Shown: positions 1 through 11,362, numbered from the stretch's first letter. The stretch is DNA of 64,000 bases from Meyerozyma guilliermondii (GCA_051546255.1 CP128816.1:1240001-1304000), one strand, 5' to 3'. Notes: a model not told the origin generated them from the sequence alone. Numbers and translations are program-made.

Positions 1-2
1 TC

Positions 3-419
3 AATCAAAAACTCAAGGAGTCAATTGACAATCACGATGGCAGTACACCTTTACCTGACTCGAAGGAATACGGAAAAACCACGTTGGTGAAAGACATGCA
101 TACTCGGAAACGGATGATGGGAGAAGAAGCCAATGCATTTGTAGCACTTCCTGGTGGATATGGCACTTTAGAAGAGCTTATGGAGGTGGTTACATGGTCA
201 CAGCTTAATATTCATAACAAGCCTATTGTATTGTACAATTTGGATGGATTTTATGACAACTTTCTCAAATTCATTAATGACGCAATCGAATCTGGATTCG
301 TTTCGAAAAAGAACGGAGAGATCATCAAGGTGGCATCCACCGTAGACGAATTGATAAAAGCGATAGAGGAGTACGAGGCGCCCGAGGGAAAATTTAATTT
401 AAAGTGGGATACCACCTAA
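3..419 (+). CDS. LOG1: LOG-family nucleotide monophosphate phosphoribohydrolase, 5'-truncated by window edge
   Basis: Frame open from base 3; contains MHTRKRMM and [12 protein letters not shown] (LOG PGGxGTxxE motif). Confidence 0.9.
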   Translation, partial: NQKLKESIDNHDGSTPLPDSKEYGKTTLVKDMHTRKRMMGEEANAFVALPGGYGTLEELMEVVTWSQLNIHNKPIVLYNLDGFYDNFLKFINDAIESGFVSKKNGEIIKVASTVDELIKAIEEYEAPEGKFNLKWDTT

Positions 420-510
420 ATATCTATATAACGGATCTCACAAAAGTGTAAAGAATGTAGCCACTATAGTGCGTTCATCTAATGCATCAGAAAAGTATGG
501 GTTGATGCTG

Positions 511-1290
511 TTAATGAGGGTTGATATCGTCCGACTCATCGTGCACGTGGAACAAGTCTTCAAACTCATCATCTGGAATTTCAAGCTCGTTCAAGTAGCC
601 GGTGCTCACATCGTACATCATTCCCCACACCTCGATTTCGCCATTTTTAAGAGCCATCGAGGCAGATGGGTGACGCTTGAGCGCCATCACAGACAGCACC
701 ACATTAAGTTCTGCCAACTTACGAGCCTTCATTTTAGGATCATCATTGTACTCATTGAGGAGTTTCAAATTGGCAGCTCTAATGTGACGGATAGGATTGA
801 GCCATAAATCAAGTACCCCACCAATCTTCTTGGACGAGAGCGATGCCCATACGCCTCCACAATCGGTGTGACCACAAACAATGATTTTTTTAACTTTGAG
901 AACATCGATTGCAAATTGAATGATACCTTGTGAAGAAATATCACTAGCAGTGATAATGTTGGCAATGTTTCTATGGGTGAAAATCTCACCTGGAAGAGTA
1001 GCCAAACAGCTTTCTCCAGCACGAGAATCAGAGCATCCGATCCATAAAGTATGAGGAGATTGTCCTCTTCCATTAAGTTCAAATACCTCAGATGAATGGT
1101 TATGTTTGATGGAATCAACAAAGTAACGATTGTTATCCAAAAAATCCTTCTTGGTGGACTCCTTCAGCAACAGAAATGGAGTATGGGAGTGAGAACTAGC
1201 ACGAGCTGAAGTCTTGAGATAATCGGCCAGCGCCAAGTCCGTCTCGTTGTCATGTTCTAATTGATATCTGAGAATATTTTCCCTACCCAT
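511..1290 (-). CDS. NCE103: Beta-class carbonic anhydrase
   Basis: Zn ligands IGCSDSR and VCGHTDCGG; start set at MGRENILRYQLEHD (ATG 1290), the Candida Nce103-like N-terminus. Confidence 0.95.
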   Translation of the reverse strand: MGRENILRYQLEHDNETDLALADYLKTSARASSHSHTPFLLLKESTKKDFLDNNRYFVDSIKHNHSSEVFELNGRGQSPHTLWIGCSDSRAGESCLATLPGEIFTHRNIANIITASDISSQGIIQFAIDVLKVKKIIVCGHTDCGGVWASLSSKKIGGVLDLWLNPIRHIRAANLKLLNEYNDDPKMKARKLAELNVVLSVMALKRHPSASMALKNGEIEVWGMMYDVSTGYLNELEIPDDEFEDLFHVHDESDDINPH

Positions 1291-1593
1291 GATGCGACTC
1301 AAGGTACCAAGTTGTCTATAGCTACGAAATAAAACCAGTGTGTGGTGAGAAAATTGTGGCGGCATCCATCCATTTATATCAATTTTTTTGTCATCTCAAC
1401 ATTCGGAACCCAACCGTAGTGACGTAGCCCATCTTGCATGGCCGTTAGCTAAGCGCTTACCCGCCAAAGATGAGACGATAACGATTCGGTTACGCCGGTG
1501 CAGGCTCCGCCGGCGCTCGCCACAACTCGCCGCACTCGCCGCGGTTGCGATGATTTCGCATTGCTAAATTCCCATCGCGATTCCAACGCGTCG

Positions 1594-3879
1594 ATGACTA
1601 CGGAAGATCTACGCCTGTTGGTGGAACCACAGGTTATATCCGAGGAGCAGCGTCAGTTCAACAAACTTTCCAAAGATAGAAAGTTGGATAGACTTAATAC
1701 GCTTATTCTGAAGTCTCAAATTTATGCCAATATCATTGCTGATAATATCATTAATAACACCTCCAAAAAGAAACGCGCCAGAAATGAAAGTCCTCAACCT
1801 GTCAAAGCTCAGAAAACCGCCAGCGGGAAACGAGATATCATGTCAATGCTCACAAATCCCAAACCAGAAACAACCTATCAACCATCGTTGATTACTGGTG
1901 GAACCATGAAAGATTATCAACTCGATGGATTGGAATGGCTTCTGACATTATACGAGAACGGCCTCAATGGAATCTTGGCAGACGAAATGGGGCTTGGAAA
2001 GACTCTTCAATGCATTGCATTTCTTAGTTATTTGATTTCAAATGGAGTGACAGGACCATTTCTCGTCGTGGTTCCACTCTCCACTTTGAGTGGTTGGTTC
2101 AACGAAGTACAACGTTTCGCACCATCAATGAAGGTCCTCAAGTATACAGGAACCAAACAAGAAAGACAAAAGATAAGGCTCAAATCAGATTATAATCTTA
2201 TACTCACATCTTATGAAATTTCCATTCGAGATTTCACCAAATTGAACTCGGTATCGTGGAAATACCTTATAGTTGATGAGGGCCATCGTCTCAAAAATAG
2301 CGAATGCCTACTTATCAAAGTACTAAAAAAACTTGATGTCCAAAATAGACTTCTCATAACAGGCACACCATTACAAAACAATTTAAATGAATTATGGTCA
2401 TTGCTCAATTTCATTCTTCCCGATGTGTTCCATGACTTGGAATTATTTCAACAGTGGTTCAATTTCGACGAGCTCACAACCATGAAAGACGACGAAGACG
2501 ACGATGAGACAAGAAGATTGATAGAACTTAACATTCAAGAAAACTTGATTCATAACCTTCACACCATCTTAAAGCCATTTATCCTTCGCAGAGTTAAGAA
2601 GGATGTCATAATGAACTTGCCTTCGAAAAAAGAGTATTTGATTCATATCCCCTTGACACTGCTTCAAAAGAAACTCTATAAAGATGGCTTGGATAATAAT
2701 CTCCATAGAAGCATTGTCGAAGTGAATTTGAAAGAATATCTCTTTTATAACCACTCATCAACCTTCAAATACCCCAGAGACGAACCTGAAATTGACGCGT
2801 ATTTACAAAAAGCCTACGATGATCAGAACCTAGAGGAGCGACAAAAAGACTATAGCTTCGTTGAAGAAGATAGCGACGACGAATTTGAAAGCAAGAGTCC
2901 ACGAAAATCCAAACCAAAGACGGTCAGAATGACAAGAAAACAAAAAATCATTGATGAGTGCTTCCATAAGATAAGCAAGCATACGAGAAATCTCTCACTT
3001 CAAAATGCCGTGGTCCAATTGCGTTCGATATGTAACTCACCTTACACTTTTTACGAGCCATTTCCTCTCAATGATTCCAAAACCAGTATTTTCATGGAGG
3101 TGTTTTATAAAAACTCGGCAAAAATTCAGGTCTTGGACCAGCTAATTAATGAGCTCTTGCCAGATCATAAACTATTGATCTTTTCACAGTTTACCAAAAT
3201 GTTGGATCTCCTTCATGATTGGTTAGATTTCAAAAATATAGGGTTCTGTCGTCTCGATGGATCAACATCTCATGAAGATCGGGATACTCAGATCGATCAA
3301 TTCAACACTGACAAATCTAAAAAGGTCTTTTTGTTGTCAACCAGAGCAGGCGGGTTAGGAATTAATTTGACAGCTGCCGATACTGTGGTGATATTTGACA
3401 ATGACTGGAACCCCCAGGTTGATTTGCAAGCGATTGACCGTGTGCATAGAATAGGACAAAAGAAGCCAGTCAAGATTTATCGCTTCCTCATCAAGAATTC
3501 AGTGGAGGAGATTCTCATTAGCAAGAGTTATTCTAAGCGGTTTTTAGAAAAACTTGTAATTCAAATGGGTCAGTTTGAGTTTAATAAGTTTCTGAAAATT
3601 CTTGATATTTCCAATGAAGAGGCTTCAAAACTATCATTAAAGAATCTTCTTGAAGTGTCGAAAAACTTTCAGTTCCTGGGCGAGACCGAAGAAGGATCTT
3701 TTCAAGTTTCTTACGATTTAGACGTGCAACCTGAACTGGCGGTTCTCACAGAGACAGAATTGTCTGAGTTGAACGACAGGTCCCTTGCATGTTATGAGAC
3801 AGAAAAGGACTACCCCAACATCACGGTCTACGAGACTACTAATAACATGGATAATTCATCAATGCCGTCACATAAATAG
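1594..3879 (+). CDS. IRC5: Snf2-family ATPase, Lsh/Irc5 subfamily
   Basis: GILADEMGLGKT, DEGH, LLITGTPLQNNL, LSTRAGGLGINL, QAIDRVHRIGQ; no bromo/chromo/SANT domains; first ATG 1594. Confidence 0.85.
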   Translation: MTTEDLRLLVEPQVISEEQRQFNKLSKDRKLDRLNTLILKSQIYANIIADNIINNTSKKKRARNESPQPVKAQKTASGKRDIMSMLTNPKPETTYQPSLITGGTMKDYQLDGLEWLLTLYENGLNGILADEMGLGKTLQCIAFLSYLISNGVTGPFLVVVPLSTLSGWFNEVQRFAPSMKVLKYTGTKQERQKIRLKSDYNLILTSYEISIRDFTKLNSVSWKYLIVDEGHRLKNSECLLIKVLKKLDVQNRLLITGTPLQNNLNELWSLLNFILPDVFHDLELFQQWFNFDELTTMKDDEDDDETRRLIELNIQENLIHNLHTILKPFILRRVKKDVIMNLPSKKEYLIHIPLTLLQKKLYKDGLDNNLHRSIVEVNLKEYLFYNHSSTFKYPRDEPEIDAYLQKAYDDQNLEERQKDYSFVEEDSDDEFESKSPRKSKPKTVRMTRKQKIIDECFHKISKHTRNLSLQNAVVQLRSICNSPYTFYEPFPLNDSKTSIFMEVFYKNSAKIQVLDQLINELLPDHKLLIFSQFTKMLDLLHDWLDFKNIGFCRLDGSTSHEDRDTQIDQFNTDKSKKVFLLSTRAGGLGINLTAADTVVIFDNDWNPQVDLQAIDRVHRIGQKKPVKIYRFLIKNSVEEILISKSYSKRFLEKLVIQMGQFEFNKFLKILDISNEEASKLSLKNLLEVSKNFQFLGETEEGSFQVSYDLDVQPELAVLTETELSELNDRSLACYETEKDYPNITVYETTNNMDNSSMPSHK

Positions 3880-3929
3880 TCATGATTCAATAATATTAAC
3901 AGTCACGAATCCTCAATAAATAGTCATCA

Positions 3930-5414
3930 TCAAATATAGCCTATGGCTTTCTTTCTCCATCTGATAGCATTCCACACAGCACCGTAGCTCCACGTCAAGT
4001 CTCGAGCGCCTTCCATGAGTCCGTTATATCGATTGAACTGTTCAGATATGTGTCCTTGGTCGTCCACATGGGCCTGAATAATTTGCAAGAATGAATCAGA
4101 GTAACTGAACATTCTGGAGGTGATCAATTTGAAATCGTCAGATCCATACGAAATCTTGTTTCCTAGACGTTGGGGAAAAAATTGCTTGAAGAATTCTCGA
4201 TTACATTCATCAATGATAATGTCTTGACGATTGTGATTCAATTTGTACACCAATTTGTAAACGGCTTCGGCTGCAGATGCAGTGCAGAGAAACCACGGGT
4301 TGCCCTCAGAAGTTCCGACTCCATTATAAATGTCTTCCGGATAACGTCCGAGAGCGGCACCAATACCCTCCCCACTCAAGTTTCTGTTCAAGTGATAAAG
4401 TTGCTTCATTTGGTCGACAAATGCATGTAATGTTTGTAGAACCTTGCTATCGTCGATGTCAAAGGGTATACTAGTATGGTTTCCAGCTTCCAAATTATGG
4501 GAGTGGAGAGCTGCGAGAATGATTGCTGAATCAAGGCCTCCTCTTTTACCCGACATCACCAAACTTGGGGTTTCTAGAAGGTGATTTTCACCCACAAACC
4601 CAGCCTCAGACAATATAAATTTCTTAACGCTTTCGAAAGTTGACGTCAAATTTTGAACAAACTCAAAGTCGCCAAACGCTCGTGCTATGTCGATGCCATC
4701 GACTAATGACCGAAGATGTGCCATGGAAGTGTATAAGTGAACCCCATGTATCTCCTCCCACAAATCAAATGTCTGCATCTCCCAGTTGGCAACGACAAAC
4801 TCAAGATCCGGTTTGACTATTTCATGGTAAACGTAGTATGGAGACTCAAGATCGGGATTCTCAAATTTTGCCTTATGTGCCAAGAGCAAATTGAGGTACT
4901 GGATAATAGTAGACAGTCTCAACGCCGGACCGTCGCTCTGTGGACGACCCCATGCCCCGTTAAACGGTGTAGAGTTCAAGTAAAACTTTGGCTCGCCCAA
5001 ACCAGAGCGTTTCTCGTCGTCAAATTTTCCGCTCAAATTGTCAAGTCGTTGAAGAGTATGACAGTTAGAAATATAAAGCTCAACTAAACGCTTCGTTTTG
5101 GAATCTCCCAAGTTCGTGTCATACAAATGTTCCATGAGCATTCTTACCGTGAGAGCAGCATCTCTGGTCCACTGATAGTAATAATCCGGGTTCTTACTTG
5201 AAGGAGAAGCCAACACAGCACCAGGCTTCACATCATGCAAATTTGTCTTTGAACCACCAACATTGGCAAGAATGCCCCTGAATGCTATGGAAGATTGTTG
5301 CGAGAGCCATGCTTCAAAATCTGTTCTGGAAATCAAGTCTTTATCAAGAGAAAAAAATGCTTGAAGATGCAAGGCAAAACAAACTGGAATTGAAAGTAGG
5401 ATACCAAATCTCAT
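3930..5414 (-). CDS. SGA1: Secreted glucoamylase (GH15), catalytic domain only
   Basis: Hydrophobic N-terminus; PDYYYQWTRDAA, GLGEPKF, WGRPQSDGPALR, FDLWEE, SEQFNRYNG, LTWSY. Confidence 0.88.
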   Translation of the reverse strand: MRFGILLSIPVCFALHLQAFFSLDKDLISRTDFEAWLSQQSSIAFRGILANVGGSKTNLHDVKPGAVLASPSSKNPDYYYQWTRDAALTVRMLMEHLYDTNLGDSKTKRLVELYISNCHTLQRLDNLSGKFDDEKRSGLGEPKFYLNSTPFNGAWGRPQSDGPALRLSTIIQYLNLLLAHKAKFENPDLESPYYVYHEIVKPDLEFVVANWEMQTFDLWEEIHGVHLYTSMAHLRSLVDGIDIARAFGDFEFVQNLTSTFESVKKFILSEAGFVGENHLLETPSLVMSGKRGGLDSAIILAALHSHNLEAGNHTSIPFDIDDSKVLQTLHAFVDQMKQLYHLNRNLSGEGIGAALGRYPEDIYNGVGTSEGNPWFLCTASAAEAVYKLVYKLNHNRQDIIIDECNREFFKQFFPQRLGNKISYGSDDFKLITSRMFSYSDSFLQIIQAHVDDQGHISEQFNRYNGLMEGARDLTWSYGAVWNAIRWRKKAIGYI

Positions 5415-5738
5415 CGTGAAGTCCTAATGCTGAGATGAAAATGTGAGGTGAACAAGATCAAATGGACCGCAATTTGTGGGGTAACCCAGAAGTAAAAATT
5501 GTAGAAGTTTGGCCTTTAATAACGCTCAAGATTGATAATACTGAAATGAAACAAGTATGAGGAACTGAGTAGAGCGAATCCAAAAGTTCTTAGATCAATA
5601 TCTAAATTTTCTTCTTGCAACTAGCTTGCTTTCTGTTATCTGTTTTGTTATCTTACGTTTGTGTCTTCTCGTGCACCGGTGCACCAGTCTCAGCACTCTT
5701 ACCGCAGCGATGAAATTGTTCAGGTCGAAATCGCATTC

Positions 5739-6107
5739 ATGTTCTACATTATCGGAGCATTGTTATTGCTCCATGCCACATATTCCTCATTTGAGTTGCA
5801 CCAGGTACTCAAAATATCACATTTAAATTCTGCATCGGTACCTTTGGACATAATTGTGGAAGTGGGAATAGGGTTAGTTTTAATATTAGCAGGCGCCATC
5901 AAGTCGATAGAAAACCCATCAGTTCTTGATGTCCAGAATAAGGTTCAAACACCTAAACATAGATTCCTAAAGGACATTGAAATGAGAAAAGCGACCGTAG
6001 AGCTTGAAGCCACAGGTTTTAGCGAATATCAGTATTTGGAACTGAGAGTAGATTTTATCGACATTGTGGAAAAACGCCGGCAGCATGCCGCTTGGATCGA
6101 AAAGTAA
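5739..6107 (+). CDS. EMC5: ER membrane complex subunit 5 / MMgT family
   Basis: Two hydrophobic segments, LLLHATYSSFE, LDIIVEVGIG and R.DFIDI..KR C-terminus; first in-frame ATG 5739. Confidence 0.8.
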   Translation: MFYIIGALLLLHATYSSFELHQVLKISHLNSASVPLDIIVEVGIGLVLILAGAIKSIENPSVLDVQNKVQTPKHRFLKDIEMRKATVELEATGFSEYQYLELRVDFIDIVEKRRQHAAWIEK

Positions 6108-6195
6108 TGAATATAAGAACCTACAGGAGTTGTCAATGTTTCGTTTTATTACGTGATCGTTCATATAATACTGTTTCCTTTTTATTAGTGCTCTA

Positions 6196-7119
6196 TTAAA
6201 TCTGCTTCTTCTGTGCCATCTCCGCTCTCAGCTTCATCTTTTGTTCACGCTTGGCCTTTCCAGCAGGACCGGCCTCGGTGTTCAACACTGCATCCCACCA
6301 TCTGAAAGAAGAACTGTAACTTCCAATAAAGTAATGATGGTGCTCGTCGTGATGATCTGCGCCAGCCCAGAATGGCAAAAAGTGGTGTAAAGACCATGGA
6401 AATTCGTAACCCGAATGAGAATCCACAGCTTGGAACAATCTCAAGGTGATCCAGAGACAAACAGTGAAAAGATGCAAGCTACCAGTCAACATACACCATA
6501 CAATTGGAATACCAACGGTACCAAAACCAAGAAGCATCACCTCAATTGGGTGGGCGTACTCGGCAGTCAAGCCAAAAGGCGCAGCATACCGGTGATGTTG
6601 CTTGTGAATGTATTTGTAGAAAACACCATAGTGTAATCCACGATGGAACCAGTAATGCCATGCGTCTTCCAACACGAAAAATACCGCCAAATGGAAACAA
6701 ATGGTGGTCCACGAGGGGAATGGAACTTCAAAGCTGATTCCCAACTTTTTGCAAACTGGATGGAAAAACCAACATGGAAAAGCTTCCACCAAAAAATGCG
6801 ATGTTAAAACAGACTTGAGACATTCCCATTGTTCCTGATTAGAAGGAAGTTTGGTTTCCTGGATCTTGTACTTGTTGAAGTAAGGGATACGGTCAATTAT
6901 GGCCCATGGTAAGCACCGGAAAAAGTACATGAATTCATGAACGGAAAAGAAAAGAAGACCAGTTGCAAACACATCATTTCCCATATAATAATAGTAAGCA
7001 CCCCAAATTTTTTCCAAAACGTTCAACTGAGGAAGCTGAGCAAAATTGGAGTATGCATCAGCAAAAGTTGTCCCGTTAGTGAACAGGCTGTAATCATGGT
7101 ATACTGAAGACAAACTCAT
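6196..7119 (-). CDS. ERG25: C-4 methylsterol oxidase
   Basis: His boxes [22 protein letters not shown]-terminal di-lysine KKQI; start set at [10 protein letters not shown]. Confidence 0.95.
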   Translation of the reverse strand: MSLSSVYHDYSLFTNGTTFADAYSNFAQLPQLNVLEKIWGAYYYYMGNDVFATGLLFFSVHEFMYFFRCLPWAIIDRIPYFNKYKIQETKLPSNQEQWECLKSVLTSHFLVEAFPCWFFHPVCKKLGISFEVPFPSWTTICFHLAVFFVLEDAWHYWFHRGLHYGVFYKYIHKQHHRYAAPFGLTAEYAHPIEVMLLGFGTVGIPIVWCMLTGSLHLFTVCLWITLRLFQAVDSHSGYEFPWSLHHFLPFWAGADHHDEHHHYFIGSYSSSFRWWDAVLNTEAGPAGKAKREQKMKLRAEMAQKKQI

Positions 7120-7196
7120 GCTTGATGGGCTGAGACGAAAACGCGGGCTTATATGGTGGAAAAAAGAAACGCGCACAGGAACGAGAGGGAACGAGA

Positions 7197-7253
7197 TAAA
7201 CGAGCATGACAGAATCCAAAACCAAAAACCAGAGGGCGCGCGCAGCACGTGAC
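7197..7253. promoter_or_regulatory. Upc2-type sterol response element (TCGTTTA on - strand, 7197-7203) and GTCACGTG E-box (7246-7253)
   Basis: Exact motif matches 78-134 bp upstream of the ERG25 ATG. Confidence 0.55.
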
Positions 7254-7549
7254 GAGATCTCTTTGTGGGCCGTGGCGGACCGAGTGCCGGTGCGTTGCGT
7301 TCCAAATGAGGATGACAAACGAGTCTTCGGAGAATTGTGCAGTTTACCGACATATTTCGAAATAAATGAAAACAAAAAGCACAATTGCATTAGCAAACTA
7401 CGACAATGACTTCAATGTCAACAATGGCCACCCTTTGCAAATTTATTCACCTATCTCTCTTCATCTGTCATATGCACGAACGGCGCGCGCTCGCAACCTA
7501 AGGATAAGGCGCACCGTTTGATTTTCAAGTACAAACGTAATTTAGCGCC

Positions 7550-9598
7550 ATGAGTAATAATCAAAACAAAGATAATGATTCGCTCCAGCGGTCTCTGCTG
7601 AAAGAATCACTTGCATCCTCGTTATCCTCTAACCTACTGGAGGAACATGTACCGATTCCCTTACATGATACTGATAATGGAACTTCCACTTTTGGGCGAA
7701 GAAGTTCTGGAGTTTCTTCACCATCAGAGCAAAATGGACTACGCAAAGAAAGGTCCTATTCGTCTGCGGTGGCGGTAGCAGGGCAGGCAATACAGAATAT
7801 TAGAAGATCTATGAGTATGTCAGCTACTGCTTCTATTGATTCCAATGGAACAGACCCTCTTCAAAGAGTTCCTACCGGGTACACTGTACGAGATATATAT
7901 GGTGATATGGACGAAAATGATATCAACCTTCAACGAACACTCACTCGGTCTACCATATTGACCACATTGTCTCATCGAGTGCAACCTCTGCGATATAGAA
8001 CTGCTCTGAGAGCTCCTACGACAAAGGAGGAAGAAGCAGAAAGTGATGAATACAAACAAGTTTACGAAGGGGTGCCCGATATTTCTGTACCGACCAAAGA
8101 ATTTGGAGCGGAATTTGCAGATATAGATCCTGAACTTGTAACCTGGGATGGTGATGATGATCCGCATTATCCACGAAACTGGTCTCGAGCACAAAAAGTA
8201 TTTCAAACTATGATTGTGGCATTGTACACTCTCATTTCTCCTATGTCGTCGTCAATTTTATCGCCGGCAATGGAGGATATTGCTGCGAGTCTTCATATGA
8301 ATTCTAACTTTATAATGTCGTTTTCAGTATCGGTGATGGTGTTGGCGTGGGCTCTCGGACCGTTAATAATTGCACCTATTTCCGAGCTGGATGCATGTGG
8401 ACGCCGTCCCGTACTTAATATCTCAATCTGGGTGATTTTCGTCTTCAATTTGGCATGTGGTTTTGCAAAGACAACCACTCAACTCTGTGTGTTTCGTTTC
8501 TTGGGCGGCCTAGGAGGATGTGCCGCTCTTAATGTGGGAGCTGGAACCCTTGCTGACTTGTGGAGTGACTCTGAGCGACAAATGGCTATGGCAGCGTACT
8601 CTATATGTCCCTCTTTGGGACCTATTCTTTCTCCAGTAATTGCAAGTTTCATCATCCAAGCCAAGGACTGGCCATGGGTATTTTATGTGTTGGCTATATT
8701 CAACGGAGCGGTGGCTATCTTTGGAACCATTTTCTTCCGGGAAACTTACTCACCTCGGCTTCTCAAAGACAAGGCTAATCGTATCAGAAAAGCTACCGGC
8801 AACAGCCATATTCATACGATTTTCGAGGTTGCAGATGGACTGACAAAATGGGAAAAAATCGTGCTCACGTCCACAAGACCACTCAAGTTGTTGTTTACTC
8901 ACCCTATGATTATTGGATTGGGTTCATTCATGGCATTTGTATACGGTTTCATGTACTTGATGATCGTAACGTTTCCATCTGTATGGAAAGGCACCTATGG
9001 ATTCAAGACCGGAGTGGCAGGGTTATTGTATCTTCCAATGGGAATTGGATTCATGCTAGGAACCGTGTTTTGGAGTTACGCAATCGACCACATTTACCAT
9101 AAGCTTACGGCGAGGAACAATGGGGTACCTAAACCAGAGTACCGTCTTCCTTGTTTGCTCTTTTCAGGAATCGGTATACCAGTTGGGCTTATTTGGTATG
9201 GATGGAGTGCTGAGAAGCAATTGCATTGGATTATGCCCTCGATAGGATCAGCGATCTTTGCGTTTGCATTTATTGCCGTATTTCAAACCATCCAAAATTA
9301 CCTTATCGATATGAATAACCGATTTGCAGCCTCGTCTGTGGCAGCTGCAGCCGTGTTCAGATCACTTTTTGGGTTTCTGTTCCCCTTATTTGCGAACAAA
9401 ATGTACGAAAGGCTCAATTACGGGTGGGGCAATACAATGTGTGGACTCATTGCTTTGGCATTGGGTCTTCCGTTCCCAATCATATGCTTCTATTATGGTG
9501 AAAGAATGAGAAATTGGGCGAACAATAGAATGGATAGAGAACAAGCACAAAGAGACGCCCGAAACTTGGAACGGTTACGGAAACAGGAAGTAAAATAA
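7550..9598 (+). CDS. MFS drug:H+ antiporter (DHA1 family) with long hydrophilic N-terminus
   Basis: WDGDDDPHYPRNWS, motif-A-like GRRPV, FRETYSPRLL, PEYRLP, about 12 hydrophobic segments. Confidence 0.88.
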   Translation: MSNNQNKDNDSLQRSLLKESLASSLSSNLLEEHVPIPLHDTDNGTSTFGRRSSGVSSPSEQNGLRKERSYSSAVAVAGQAIQNIRRSMSMSATASIDSNGTDPLQRVPTGYTVRDIYGDMDENDINLQRTLTRSTILTTLSHRVQPLRYRTALRAPTTKEEEAESDEYKQVYEGVPDISVPTKEFGAEFADIDPELVTWDGDDDPHYPRNWSRAQKVFQTMIVALYTLISPMSSSILSPAMEDIAASLHMNSNFIMSFSVSVMVLAWALGPLIIAPISELDACGRRPVLNISIWVIFVFNLACGFAKTTTQLCVFRFLGGLGGCAALNVGAGTLADLWSDSERQMAMAAYSICPSLGPILSPVIASFIIQAKDWPWVFYVLAIFNGAVAIFGTIFFRETYSPRLLKDKANRIRKATGNSHIHTIFEVADGLTKWEKIVLTSTRPLKLLFTHPMIIGLGSFMAFVYGFMYLMIVTFPSVWKGTYGFKTGVAGLLYLPMGIGFMLGTVFWSYAIDHIYHKLTARNNGVPKPEYRLPCLLFSGIGIPVGLIWYGWSAEKQLHWIMPSIGSAIFAFAFIAVFQTIQNYLIDMNNRFAASSVAAAAVFRSLFGFLFPLFANKMYERLNYGWGNTMCGLIALALGLPFPIICFYYGERMRNWANNRMDREQAQRDARNLERLRKQEVK

Positions 9599-10437
9599 TA
9601 TTCCAGAACGTGCTTTTTGTTGCAACTTTGCCCGGAGTTGTCTTTATCTGGTGACGCCATAGGCTGCAATCTTGCATATCATTGTACAGGATTACTGCAG
9701 GTGGTCGATGAGGCGGCTAAGAACTTGGGCGTACTTTGCTGTGGCTAAGGCGGGGTGGCGGAGCAAATTTTGTAGTGAGTTGACACCAAAGTCAGTGTAA
9801 TAGCTCCAGAAAACCTTGTAGTTCCCTGGATACTCTTATTCATGGAAATTGCAACTTCGTAGTTGCCCTTGCTTTGCAGGAGCCAAAGTGCAGTCCCGGG
9901 GTCGTGGGCCTGCAAAACGGCCCTTCAACGTCATAGCCTTACCGGAGAATGTGCCGTCTGCAGGTCCGAGGCGACAGGAGGTCGGCTGAACCACATGGTC
10001 CGCCGAGGTTGGGCGAGGGACTAATTTCGAGGAAAGAGACATAATTTGAGGAAACTTTCAATGTGGGGAATTGACTGGAGTATGTATAGATTCAGCATAT
10101 CTTCAATTCCCCATAAACTTTCCCCGTTCCTGTTCTATTCCAGGTAACTGGTGCGATCCAGGCATGGTTAGTGTACTGCAGATAGGCCCACAGTTAGGCC
10201 GGGAGTTTTCGCGGAGTCTATTTCGGTCATCGTTTCTTTTTGCGCGGCCAGATAATCCGGGGTATTTAAAGCCAGCCTAGCGTGCTCTGCTGCACTGGTT
10301 TACAATTTTTTTTTGAAGACTAGTGAACTTAAATCTGCCACATAAAACTATAACGGAACAGACTTGTTGATCTTTTCCTACAGTCAAATAAACTCATCAC
10401 GAAGAAAAATTTTTTTGACAACAAATCATCATAAACA

Positions 10438-11274
10438 ATGGATTACTCCTACGACAACGTTGTACCAAACTTTAGATTGGATGGAAGACTCGCTATCGTC
10501 ACTGGCGGTTCTGGTGGACTTGCCTCTGTGATTTCAAGAGCTCTTCTTGCTCAAGGTGCCGATGTTGCCTTGATTGATATGAACCTCGAGAGAACCAATG
10601 TCGCTGCAAAAGAGCTTCTCAAGTGGGGAGAAGACACCTTGAAGGGTGCTCACGAGTCTGCTATTGGCCAAGTGTCTGCCTGGTCGTGTGACATTGGTGA
10701 TGCTGGATCTGTTGAGCAAACTTTTGTCGCCATTAACGAAAAACATGGCAAGATCGCTGACTTGTTGATCAACTCTGCTGGTTACTGTGAGAATTTCCCT
10801 GCCGAGGAATACCCAGCTCGAAATGCTGAGGGTATCATGAAAGTTAACGGTTTGGGTGCATTCTACGTTTCTCAGTCGTTTGCCCGTCCTTTGATCCAAA
10901 ACAACTTGAGAGGTTCCATCATTCTTATTGGTTCGATGTCAGGAACTATAGTCAACGACCCTCAACCACAAGCTATGTACAACATGTCCAAGGCAGGTGT
11001 TATCCACTTGGTCAGATCGTTGGCGTGTGAATGGGCCAAGTACAACATCAGAGTCAACACATTGAGTCCTGGATACATCTTGACTCCATTGACCAAGAAT
11101 GTCATTGCTGGACACTCTGAGATGAAGGACGCCTGGGAATCTAAGATCCCTATGAAGAGAATGGCAGAGCCAAAGGAATTTGTTGGCTCTATTTTGTACT
11201 TGGCAAGTGAATCTGCCTCCAGTTACACTACCGGCCACAACTTGGTGGTAGATGGTGGCTACGAATGCTGGTGA
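10438..11274 (+). CDS. ARDH: D-arabinitol 2-dehydrogenase (SDR family)
   Basis: TGGSGGLA, YNMSK catalytic motif, IVNDPQPQ; N-terminus MDYSYDNVVPNFRLDG typical of Candida/Pichia ArDH. Confidence 0.92.
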   Translation: MDYSYDNVVPNFRLDGRLAIVTGGSGGLASVISRALLAQGADVALIDMNLERTNVAAKELLKWGEDTLKGAHESAIGQVSAWSCDIGDAGSVEQTFVAINEKHGKIADLLINSAGYCENFPAEEYPARNAEGIMKVNGLGAFYVSQSFARPLIQNNLRGSIILIGSMSGTIVNDPQPQAMYNMSKAGVIHLVRSLACEWAKYNIRVNTLSPGYILTPLTKNVIAGHSEMKDAWESKIPMKRMAEPKEFVGSILYLASESASSYTTGHNLVVDGGYECW

Positions 11275-11362
11275 TGACCTATATGTAAGCTTTTATTGCA
11301 TGTGTACACTAATGACTTATTTCAATGTTTGAAACTTTTATAGACCTAAATTAAAACAATAC

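Noticed and set aside
1586..1591. MCB element ACGCGT upstream of IRC5
   Set aside because: Single copy 2 bp before the ATG, too close to be persuasive
9600..10060. GC-rich gap as a possible structured RNA (RNase P/MRP, SRP, telomerase) or LTR
   Set aside because: No diagnostic conserved boxes, template repeat or LTR termini found by eye; an Rfam scan would settle it
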